Shown here in pieces: positions 53,935 through 64,000 of a DNA stretch of 64,000 nt (within the stretch, counting starts at the first letter, position 1; the number at the start of each line of letters is the position of its first letter). A program made the position numbers and the translations under genes. Origin of the DNA: Octopus vulgaris (lineage: Eukaryota); the NCBI GenBank assembly GCA_951406725.2, contig OX597817.1, positions 110,112,001-110,176,000 on the forward strand, written 5' to 3'. The notes beneath the pieces were generated by a model. It did no database searches and had not been told where the DNA came from. It was given only the letters and a program-made list of their open reading frames with translations.

Positions 53935-54345
53935 AGAAATGTGGTATCATACATAAAATACATGTTCATACTTGGCCAGCCAATGAACTTTTCTGCCACT
54001 TTTAAGAGTAATGTAGTAATGTCTTGTTTTAGGAACAACAGATTTATGTGCTGAAGGTGTCTGTGTATGAATAAGTAATTTTATCATTGTGCGTCAAATG
54101 TATTCGCATCAAGTTGAGCTTTTTTAAATTGTGTCAATATGGTGAAATGAATTGTAAAAAGCAGAAAAAGACTGGGAGTCTGTTTAGCAGGTACCAAAGG
54201 TCATTCAAGATCCATAGAAATATCATACCATATACACTCCATGGAAGCAGGCAGAGAAACCAGATAAAATTTTAAAGATGATACAGAGTTCTTCAGTTGT
54301 TGTAATTCATCCAATTCTTAGTCATTAGCAAGTTTTTCCAAATCA
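53935..54345 (-). mobile_element. Very decayed Gypsy pol (RNaseH-integrase linker) remnant
   Basis: Minus strand reads SIDLEKLAND*ELDELQQLKNSVSSLK..VSLPAS...WYDISM...PLVPA, resembling the Gypsy pre-integrase region. Confidence 0.4.
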
Positions 54346-55189
54346 ATGGAATCACTGTGGTGCACAGAATTCACATAGAATATATATATATATATATAAT
54401 AGAAAATTTAGACAAATATGTATAATTAGGTTAGTGCGTTTAAATGCTGAGTAGAGCACCAGCACAGTTCAGGCTATCTGTTGTTATCTGTAGTTGTGGT
54501 ACACTTCCATTGGATTTACTTCAGGAACTTCACAGTGGCAGTATTAATTAATAGTAAGAGATGGATTTTGTATTAGACTTTTATCATGTACAACATGTTT
54601 CGACCCATCAGTCTGGGTCTCTTCAGGTACATTGATAAAGAAGTTTCAGTAGAGATTTTTAGTGTCAGCAGGCTTCTTGTTATATGTCCATCGAGTTTGA
54701 AAATTAATAAAAGCAAAAAATTCAAATATGAACGTGGAAAGCATACATTCCAGTTTAGATAAAATGATATAATCAGCTTCCGCTGTAATAACTGCTTAGG
54801 GAAAAAAGAAAGTAGAAGGTGAAAGGAAGATTAATACTAAGACAAATATTTTCGTGTTCGTGCATATACACACTCACACACATGTACATACATCCACACA
54901 TTTTTACTATATACTTGGTCTTATTATTGTTCTTATTTTAGTGTTCTTTGTCTTAAATCTATCATCACACATCTTGTGACCTCTTCAGTAATTCTCCATC
55001 CCATGTCTTCCTATTCTGTTTAGTTCATTCTGTCTTTCTGTGATGTCTATTCTTATCTGCACATACACCTGATTTATTACATGGTTTGTACCCTGGTCCA
55101 CTAAAGGAGCTTTTTGTGAGTACCACCAGATTAGATAAATCCATATATTGTGCATTAAATTTATATATATATATATGTGTGTGTGTGTG

Positions 55190-55475
55190 TATTCTCCTAC
55201 TAGATCATCCTATCAGGGCTTTACTCGCATTTGATGCAGCAGCTGCTGGCTGGAAGAGGCCTCATAGCAAGCCCCACACCAGATAGCTGGATGTGATTGG
55301 GGAAGATTTCCAGAGGCTTGATGTCACCTTTGAGGATGCAAGGGGTACTGGCACTGGACCACCAGCAATGGTGAGCACTGGTGAAACTGGTCGGCTCTAT
55401 GCATTGCGATGTCTCTGGGACCTCTAACCTGTGATGACCCCCACCCCATCAAGCAAGAGCATGAAGTAAGAAAGT
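55190..55475 (+). mobile_element. RTE-type LINE 3' end fragment
   Basis: DHPIRALL...GWKRP..KP.TR*LDVI.ED...ALD..QW, followed by a short (AAGT)-like tail. Confidence 0.6.
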
Positions 55476-55584
55476 ATTTGTACAGTAGAAGATATAATGT
55501 TTAATAGTAACCAATAAAGAACTAGGCAAGCTGATATAACACAGATAAATTTATAGTACTATAGAAATTAATATAGTACAGTTT

Positions 55585-56499
55585 TTACATCACTTTATGT
55601 GATTGCATTAGATCAGTCATTTCATGTGATGGAGGTACTGTGAAGTCTTTACGTTTCCCGCAACATAATTTCCGAATACTTCGTTTTAGACTTGTATCAG
55701 AAAGCCACAAAAACGGCACCACTAAAAATCTTGACAAGAATATTAAAAACGCTATGTAAATCTTTTGTTCAACTATTTTTTTATACATTAGAAAATACGT
55801 AATGTTTTCAATAGAGTAGACAACTATGATGAATACAACAATAACTATCACAGTTATTAATGATGATTTTATTGTATCATTTTCTCTACTCTTCGCGGCA
55901 ATGCTGATCAATAGACATACAAATACTAGCATTGACATAATATATAAGTTCACTATAGCTAAATAGATATGGTAGGAAATAGTATCTAAGAATATCTTAC
56001 ATGAGCCACCTTCGTAATATGAGCCAGCTAGAGTCATTGATAATACTTTGATCCAGATAAAAGCCCACAAAACCACTGTTAATATGATCTGCACGCACAG
56101 AAAACTTTGACTTTCATATTTGCTTGGTTTAAAGTATTTTACGATAAAATCGCAGCAAATAGGGAGCATGAAATAAACAGCACCCTCCTCAGCCACGGAA
56201 CTTAGTATAAAAATCACTAAGCAGCTAGACAGTGGCAAATCATTGAATATAAAAATGTGTACGTAACGGAAATAAAAAAGCAAGGCAAACAGTGTGTAGT
56301 TAAACATATAAGTCAACAGTACGAAAGAGCGTGTTTTTTCATAGACTCTACGATCTAGGAAAATGGCAATCGTTAACAACGCGTTGAGCGCGAATATTAT
56401 GATGACTGCAATACAAGCAGTTATACTTATCCAGTTAAACGCAGGGTTTGCATTAGTTGTAGAATTGTATTCTTGTTCGTTCTGTTCAAGATTTTCCAT
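55585..56499 (-). CDS. Intronless divergent 7TM (rhodopsin/class A-like) orphan GPCR, 304 aa, nested antisense in a DPP4-family intron
   Basis: Uninterrupted ORF with strong Kozak context (aacATGG) and seven hydrophobic segments. It has an N-terminal NST sequon, TM1 Asn (FALNALL), Cys at the top of TM3 (SSCLV) and in ECL2 (GSCKI), CDFIVKYFKPSKY at the DRY...P..Y position, TM4 Trp, TM7 VVPFLW, and helix-8 SLKRSIRKLCC. Confidence 0.88.
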   Translation of the reverse strand: MENLEQNEQEYNSTTNANPAFNWISITACIAVIIIFALNALLTIAIFLDRRVYEKTRSFVLLTYMFNYTLFALLFYFRYVHIFIFNDLPLSSCLVIFILSSVAEEGAVYFMLPICCDFIVKYFKPSKYESQSFLCVQIILTVVLWAFIWIKVLSMTLAGSYYEGGSCKIFLDTISYHIYLAIVNLYIMSMLVFVCLLISIAAKSRENDTIKSSLITVIVIVVFIIVVYSIENITYFLMYKKIVEQKIYIAFLIFLSRFLVVPFLWLSDTSLKRSIRKLCCGKRKDFTVPPSHEMTDLMQSHKVM

Positions 56500-56973
56500 G
56501 TTGCTTTAGCCACAATTGCTTCAAACTTAGTCGTTATTTTTAGATAGTTTTCGGAATAATGTTATACAGTTTACACTTGTTGAATGTTCGCGGAGTTCTT
56601 TGTTATACGTTTCCGGTGTTCTCATATTAAACGTCCCCGGTGTTCATGTGTGTGTGTGTGTTGTGTGTGTGTGTGTGTAATACGGTAAGGCTTCAACAAG
56701 TAGTATAACACTCGGTCACCTAAGAGTGTAAAAGTAATGTTACAATAAAACCACAAATCTTGTTAAATACCGCATCTCTTGTTTAATCGTCATCTTCTCA
56801 AAAGACAACTGACAAATGGTCTTGATCTCAGATTGGAAAATGGTGAAATAAATCATTTCGACCAGAAAACCCTGTGTAGCTCTATTTCACAAGATTTGCG
56901 GGTTTTATTATAACAATATACTCTTCTACATGTGTAGATAGACAGAAACCATATGTGTATATATTTTTTTGCT

Positions 56974-57325
56974 AACCCTAAAACCCTAACCCTAACCCTA
57001 AAACCCTAACCCTTAAAGCTAAAATCAGTACAAACGCATGAACGATGTCATAAATAACAGTGACTAACGAAAAACACATCGCCAATAGTTGTTGTTGACA
57101 AACAACGGCAGTAATTTTATTCAGTTGAATACACGTCATTGATTGGTTGAAATTACCAAAATAGGACAACTTTAATGTGAAATAACTTTGTAAATATAAG
57201 TTTTTCTCAAAAATGCTTACAGTAAAAGATGTTTTATATGACACATTCTACCAGTGTCCGAAGTTTGAAAGTGTTTAGTTACAAAAAATTATTTTTTAAA
57301 TCTGTCAGTCAAAAGGTAAGACCCT
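56974..57325 (-). mobile_element. Single MITE arm (family of 35462 and 26735) with telomere-like (CCCTAA)n tract
   Basis: 57070-57325 is the reverse complement of 35462-35715; taaccctaaaaccctaaccctaaccctaaaaccctaaccct at 56974-57012. Confidence 0.75.
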
Positions 57326-57401
57326 GCGTTTTTTTTATATTTTTTTTATCAATATTCAATTTTGCTTGCAATAGCTGGTTCTTTTGGTCAAACTATCATA
57401 T

Positions 57402-58185
57402 TGTAGCGAGGCACAAGAAGCCAGCACCATTTTGTACAAGATCTCGCTGGTAGCCATTACCATGTCCGAGTAACAATCTGCCATCAACCTGCACGCGGTG
57501 AATCTATCCCAGATAAAAACTTATGGTCAGGTCTCATTACCCCTAGATCTCAACCTTCAAAGGGATTTTAGGTGGGTTTTTGTTATAGCAGATCTACCGT
57601 ACCCCATTCTGGACGTGGATTTCTTAATCCACTGTCACTTATTACTATATGTCAGGCGACAGAGACTCATGGACAATTCTACGTCTTTGTTTACGCCTAC
57701 TCAGGTTACTAATAATGCTGTTTTCAGCTTGTCATTTGTCACCACTGCTGGTGACCAGTTCCACTCCCTGTTGGCTTCTTTCCCAGAGCTGGTAGATCCG
57801 ACTTTCAAATCAATCGAAGTCACACACTCAACTCGCCATTATATGGCCCACCCATCTTTTCAGTCCATGGCGACTCGCTCCTGATCTGCTCAAAAAGGCT
57901 TTATCTGAGTTTGAGCATATGCTTCAACTCGGCCTTATTCGCTCCTCCACCAGCCCTTGGGCATCCCCTCTACATTTGGCATGGAGCTATAATGAACCTT
58001 GCGCTGCCATAAAGATGGTCACTGGAAGTGAGCCACATGAACGAGAACTAAAAATAAACGACTATTGAATTGCACTCAGCTTGTAAACTTCTTCTTTGTG
58101 TTCCAGATCCTTAAGACTACAGAAATAAATTATAATGGGAGAAGGAGATACTCCACAGGTATCACAAGCCTTCAATTCCATTATA
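57402..58185 (+). mobile_element. Internally deleted Gypsy LTR element: LTR 5' part, protease/RT-start fragment, LTR 3' part
   Basis: Ends are homologous to solo LTR 2673-3122. The interior encodes IKTYG..SL.LDL...F.WVFVIAD..YPIL..DFL (retropepsin) and EFEHMLQLGLIRSSTSPWASPLHL (RT start). Confidence 0.85.
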
Positions 58186-58739
58186 TTTCCAGCTGCTTCA
58201 GATGAAAATTATCAAAGCATAGTACAATGGTTTAGCATTTTTCAAAAGTGTAGTATGCAGCACATACAACAGTTTGGCAAAAATATTTCTGACTGAAAAT
58301 ATACATGAATAGGGTTGTGTAGTATGGTGGTATAGTGGTATGATGGTGTTATGAGGTGGGAGAGGCTAGAGTAGGGAAAGCAAGGGTGGCATGTGGGTTA
58401 GGCTGAGGGTGGGGGTAGAGGTGGGGTATGTGGGTAGGCAGAGGGTGGGGTATGTGGAGAGGCAGAGGGTGGGGGTAGGGATGGGGTATGTGGGAGTAGG
58501 TGTAAGGGGTGGGGTAGGATGGGAAGGCTAGTGAAGGTGGGTTGGAATGTGTAGGGGTGAGGTGAGGTTACAAGGAAGGGGTGACGATGAATGGGGGAAG
58601 GAGAAGGTGGGTAGGAGTTAAGAGAAGAAGTAGGAGTTGGAGCAAGAGAGGAGAGGTGGGTGGGAGGAAGTAGGTGTGAGGGGGAGAGAGGCGATGGGAG
58701 GAGGTTAGATGAAGAGAGGAGGAGAGTCGAACCCATGTG

Positions 58740-59715
58740 GTGCAAAGGAGTGAAGAGAGATTAATCCCTGTTCACAGTACAAATGGGAGTCCAGATGGCC
58801 CCTGTGCAAGGACAATCCGAACACAGTCAGGTGTTGCAAAGAGTAACCGGTAGAGCAGAAATGGCGCAAGACCAGGGTGTCATTGCCAAGTTGGATATCT
58901 CAGAGGTGTTCTGCGAACCAGTCAGCCAAGCGCTGTCCCGTATGCCCGATGTATAGAGAAGGGCAAAGAGAGCAGGAGATGCAGTAGATGACATTGGTAG
59001 AAGTGCAGGTGAAGGAGTCAGTGATGTGATAGGGTCAATGATGGGTGCCAGTGAAGAGGGTGGTGTTGGAGAGGTAATGGCAAGTGTGGTAGCATGGGCG
59101 GGAGCAGGAGAACGAGCCAGGTTGGGTTAGGGAAGAAGCTGTGAACCAAGAGGTCGCGTACGTTGTGGGCTTATTTGAAGGAGAGAAGGGGTCAGTTAGA
59201 AAAGATGTGCGAAGTGGAGAGGTCAGACTGGAGTCTCCGGAAGGCTCGGAGAATGGTGTATTGGAGAGGTAGGGTGGTGGGGTGGTAGGTAAGGGGAAAT
59301 GGGAGGCGGGATACAGCGGGGCAGGTTCAAGGAGAGAGCAGATGCATGGTCCATGGAACGTGCTCTGGTAAGGGTGGTGTGGATAGTGGTGAGGGGATAT
59401 CCACGTAGGATGAAGTGGCAAGCCATGAGTTGAGACCAAGTCTCATGGTTATGGTCGTCACTACAGAACCTGCTTAGATGGAGGAATTGGGAATAGGGGA
59501 TGGAAAGCTTGGTGTGTTTAGGGTGGGAGGAGAAGTTGAGGTATGAATGTGAGTCTGTGTGTTTATAGTGGATGGAGGTGGTGAGAGTGGAGTGATGAAT
59601 GCTGACTGAAATGTCAAGAAAGGAGACAAAGGTGTCAGAGATAGTGCAGGGAAAGTGGAGAGTAGGATGGAAAAATTTGACAAAAGAGAAGAAGGAATCT
59701 AGATGTTCACAGAAG
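58740..59715 (-). mobile_element. Penelope-like element fragment (RT C-terminus plus GIY-YIG endonuclease)
   Basis: Minus strand encodes FTCTSTNVIYCISCSLCPSLYIGHTGQRL..FAEHL (GIY-YIG), plus FLDISV, YK.TDS and RGYP motifs; purine-rich flank at 58320-58740. Confidence 0.85.
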
Positions 59716-59769
59716 AGTGAAGACGCACATGTATATATGTGTGTGTGTGTGTATGTATATATATAACAG

Positions 59770-60775
59770 ATAAGATAGCTTTCATGTGCGGCAGATGCAC
59801 AGGGACAATAGACACAACAGACACTCAGAAAACAGATTCCATCACACTCCAGGGAGAGAAACTAGAAGTAGTTGATAGTTTCCGCTACCTGGGTGACCAA
59901 GTTAGTAGCGGAGGTGGATGCACAGAGAGTATCACCACTAGAATACGAATAGCCTGGGCAAAGTTCAGAAAGCTCCTACCCCTACTGGCAACAAAAGGTC
60001 TCTCCCTCAGAGCGAAAGGTAGATTGTATGATGCATGTGTGCGAACTGCCATGCTTCACGGTAATGAAACATGGGCTGTGACTGCAGAGGACATGCGTAG
60101 ACTTGAAAGAAATGAAGCTAGCATGATCCGCTGGATGTGTAGTGTCAGTGTGCACGCAAGACAGAGTGTAAGCATCCTAAGAGAAATGCTGGATATAAGA
60201 AGCATCAGATGTGGTATGCAAGAGCGACGCTTGCGATGGTATGGTCATGTGCTGCGGATGGATGAAGAGAGATGTGTGAAGAAGTGCCACTCCCAAACAG
60301 TTGAAGGTATCAGGGGGAGAGGTAGACCCAGGAAGACATGGGATGAGGTAGTCAAGCATGACCTCAGAGCATTGGGCCTCACTGAGGCAATGGCGAAGGA
60401 CCGAGATCTCTGGAGATATGCTGTGACTGCAAAGACCCGGGCTGCTTTCTGCAGCAATTCCACATACCCCCTACCCATTCAAAGTACCCCGGATCCCCAA
60501 AGTACCCCGGACCCAGTTGCCCCCATGCCGCTGGCACGTTAAAAGCTCGAACCGATCGTGACCGATGCCGGACCCCCCGGCCCCTGTGCAGGTGGCACGT
60601 AAAAAGCACCCAATCCACTCACGGAGTGGTTGGCGTTAGGAAGGGCATCCAGCCGTAGAAACTCTGCCAAATCAGACTGGAGCCTGGAGTGACCCCTGGC
60701 TTCCCAGACCCCAGTCGAACCGTCCAACCCGTGCTAGCGCGGAAAACGGACGTTAAACGATGATGATGATGATGA
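59770..60775 (+). mobile_element. 5'-truncated, relatively young RTE LINE (ORF C-terminus, 3' UTR, (GAT)n tail)
   Basis: Open frame LEVVDSFRYLG...RIRIAWAKF...RRLRWYGHVLRM...GRGRPRKTW; CpG-rich 3' UTR ending aaacgatgatgatg. Confidence 0.92.
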
Positions 60776-61819
60776 TACACACACACATATATATATATAT
60801 ATAGTGACTAACCTTCAATTTTTTTATCAACTTGCTCCATTATAATTTTATATTTCGGATATTCAAATATTTCTTTCAAACATTTGAGATCTACAATATG
60901 CCAGGAATAGATCAGTTTCATTCTTTAGCATTTAAACTGGCCTTGTCTGAACCAAATATTCAACCTGTTTTATATTCAACTTACCCAAATGTGGCCTCTC
61001 ACACCTACCCTGCAATGTTGTCAAAGCTACAACATAATACACGATTAATTCAAAACAATGTGAATAAGCATTAAAATTTGATAAGCATAATAAAATAGAA
61101 ATTTTGACATTCCGGCAGACTTAAATAACTACAAATAACCAGTTTTTACATATTCTAAGTTTCACACAGATACCCACTTGTATATGAGCTGATGTGCCTA
61201 AAATAAACAATATATACCACTTTTCTATCTAAACTTATCAGGTGTGGGGGGATAGCAACAAATTATTTCTGTGATAAATAAAAAGATATAATTGTTTCCC
61301 CAACTTTTTGATATTTTACAATATGTCTATCTTATTACCACATGCCTAACACCTTGGGCTTGTATCTACTGTCATAGCTTTCGGTTGAGCCAATCCTTGT
61401 GAGTGGAACTGAGCCAGTGGAAACTGTACAGAAATACATTGGATGGAATATAGCTATTGTATTTTTCCAACATTGGAACTGCTAACTCCTATTTTCCACT
61501 TACCATGGATCGTAACTACACAATTCTTTATTTGGACATTACCAACTCTCTTCATTTGTTCATGGATTTACCTCATGAATACATATTTTAATTGGACTTT
61601 AATTGAATTGCTCCTCTTTTAGACAATATGAACAATAAATAATATTAGTTAGCTGTTGTGTAATGTTCTTCCACAGTTACATCTGTTTATCTTTTCATTC
61701 TCTGATGACTGTTTACTTGGCACATGGAATCTTTGCTCAGCATGAAGTTCCAATAGATGGGATGTTCTAGAAACAGCTGTTAGAGACTAAATACATCTCT
61801 TCATTATGTTATAATATTC

Positions 61820-62360
61820 ATCATCATCATCATTTAACGTCCACTTTCTATGCTAGCATGGGCTGGACAATTTGACTGAGGTCTGGCGAACCAGACTCCA
61901 ATCTGATCTGGCAGACTTTCCTTCCTAACTCCAACCACTCTGGGAGTGTAGTGGGTGCTTTTATGTGACAATTTGGTGGTACTGGCAATGGCCACGCTCA
62001 AATGGTGCTTTTTATGTGCCACCTGCACAGGAGCCAGTCCAGCGGCACTGGCAACTACCTCGCTCAAATGTTTTTTTCACGTGCCACCAGCGCAAGTGCT
62101 AGTAAGGCAACGCAGGTAACGATCATGCTCGAATGGTGTGTTTAACGTGCCATCGGCACAAAGGCTAGCTTGTTGCTCTGGCAACGATCTCACTCGTATG
62201 GTACTCTTAGTGCTCCACTAGCAACGGATGCCAGTCACCGAGTTTGATTTCGATTTCACTTGCCTCAACTGGTCTTCACAAGCAGAGTTTAGTGTCCAAT
62301 GAAAGAAAGGCATGCATAAGTTGACTGGTTACACCCCCTAGGTTATGGTCACACTTGCGC
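61820..62360 (-). mobile_element. RTE 3'-end fragment (inverted relative to 59770-60775)
   Basis: (CAT)n followed by ttaacgtcc...tgctagcatggg...ccaaccactc...gtgctttttatgtgcca. Confidence 0.75.
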
Positions 62361-64000
62361 TTGCCAAGTGTGTTATGTTATAATATTATATAACTAAATT
62401 AAATGACATTGTGAAGTTTTACCATATTGTTTGCCCCCTTCATTTCTGCTTTCACACACACGTGTGCACAAACACACACACACACACATAAATCAATGTG
62501 TCATGTTACCCTATCCAACAGAAATGTCATGATGGTCATTGGTATTTACAAGGAATATCTAATTATATATTGTTGTATGCCCTCCTTTCCCCTCTCAAGT
62601 TCACCCACCCCAGTCAATCCTATTCCAACAGAGCTGTGTTACAAATATAGTTGATTGAACATTTGGGTGTGCCTACTTATCCAACTCTCACCATATTTCA
62701 TGCCCTTCCATCCTACTCAATTTTTCATTATGTGTATATAACAAGGATTAACTAAATTTACCTATGGAGATTTGTTTATAGTTGTTGGGTTTTATGTGTG
62801 TTTTTTTTTTTTTAGTAAATCAGAAGTTATAAGCTGAGAAATTGTGATATGAAAATGCTTTAGATTGCTCTCAAGTCCCAGTATATGTTGATCATATGGA
62901 TATCACATCTTACAAATATCCTATATATACAGAATATAGTGTCACATTGATTAAAAAGTTAATGAGGTTAAATATACTATGCTCTTCACAGTGTTGTCAT
63001 CAACTCATACCGAAATATAGCAAAATGGATAGTACTTTAGGGGTATTGGAATGGTAGAATCACTAAAACAGCAGGCAAAATGCATTGCACTATTTAATTG
63101 CATCTCTTTACATTCCAAGTTTGGATCTCATCAAGGTTGACTTTGCCTTTTGATCCTTTAGGGTTTGATAAAACATAGTACCAGTCAAATACTTGATTCA
63201 AAATTTGTAGCCTTATGTCATATCATCGTTTAAGATCCTCTTTTCCACATTTGCATGGGTCAGATGGAATTTATTGAAACAGATTTTTTACAGCCGGATG
63301 CTCTTCCTGTTTCCAGGAAGTGAGGTAAATATTTCTCCATGTTTTCATGGAAGATTGGAAATGGAGGACACCACTTACATGATGGTGACATTTACATTTA
63401 TCACATAAAGTCAAGGCAAGGAGGCTGTAACACACACATACACACACACACACACACATATGATGGGCTTCCTTCAATTTCAGTTTAACAGATTCACTCA
63501 CAAGGCTTCGGTTGGCCCAGGGCTATGTTAGAAAACATTTGCCCAAAGTACCATATAGTGGGACTGAACCCAAGACCATGTGGTTGAGAAGCAAACTTCT
63601 TACCACACAGCTATGCTTGCACCTAACAAGCTTTGGCATTCATTCTCTTTGAATTAATAAAATTAAAGTACCACTCAGTACCAGCCTAATATTGAGGTTG
63701 ATTTAATCAGCTAAAGCCACAGCCAAAATGCAGTGTGGCTGATGATATGTGCATCTCTGATCACGAGCAGAAGTAGTCGGGAGTATCAGTTATAGCCATG
63801 TTTTGAGGGGCATTCTTTGGGGTTTGGATAATTCACCTCTGGAAACTTGGGTGTTTCGTTCATTATCCTTAAACAACCTTTAATCAAGAACCTTTTGAGT
63901 GGGATAGGCTACTCAACCTGAAGAAAATTCTAATTGAGCCCCGCCTGCAAGGTCGTGCGCTCTTTATCTTGATATGAAATCATCATATTGCACATATATG

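Noticed and set aside
58398-58745. Pro/Ser/His-rich 115-aa ORF
   Set aside because: Low-complexity purine tract adjoining the Penelope fragment.
59739-60542. 267-aa ORF as a host gene
   Set aside because: It is the C-terminus of an RTE LINE, with its start codon inside a (TG)n microsatellite.
62810-62850. Possible next DPP exon after tttagtaaatcag
   Set aside because: It hits a stop within a few codons and lacks the expected EE...WWSPDG-type continuation.

Overview
This is AT-rich, repeat-dense eukaryotic genomic DNA. The SINE, RTE and microsatellite repertoire suggests a cephalopod (Octopus-like) genome, which is an inference. On the + strand, six GT-AG exons (14182-51835) splice in frame into the N-terminal beta-propeller region of a DPP4/DPP6/DPP10/FAP (peptidase S9B) family protein, up to the NGVPDWLYE(E) motif. 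The rest of this gene lies outside the window. In the intron after the last visible exon, on the opposite strand, is an intact, intronless 304-aa divergent class-A-like 7TM receptor ORF (55585-56499) in a CpG-retaining patch. The remainder is mostly transposon debris: Helitrons, a pogo-like element, a full-length decayed mariner, a ~780-bp palindromic MITE with an 8-bp TSD, TTAA and Tc1-like MITEs, Gypsy LTR pieces, RTE, R4-like and Penelope retroelements, and tRNA-derived SINEs. There is also a 5S rRNA copy fused to a retroposon tail (candidate SINE3). All calls were made by eye, without database searches.
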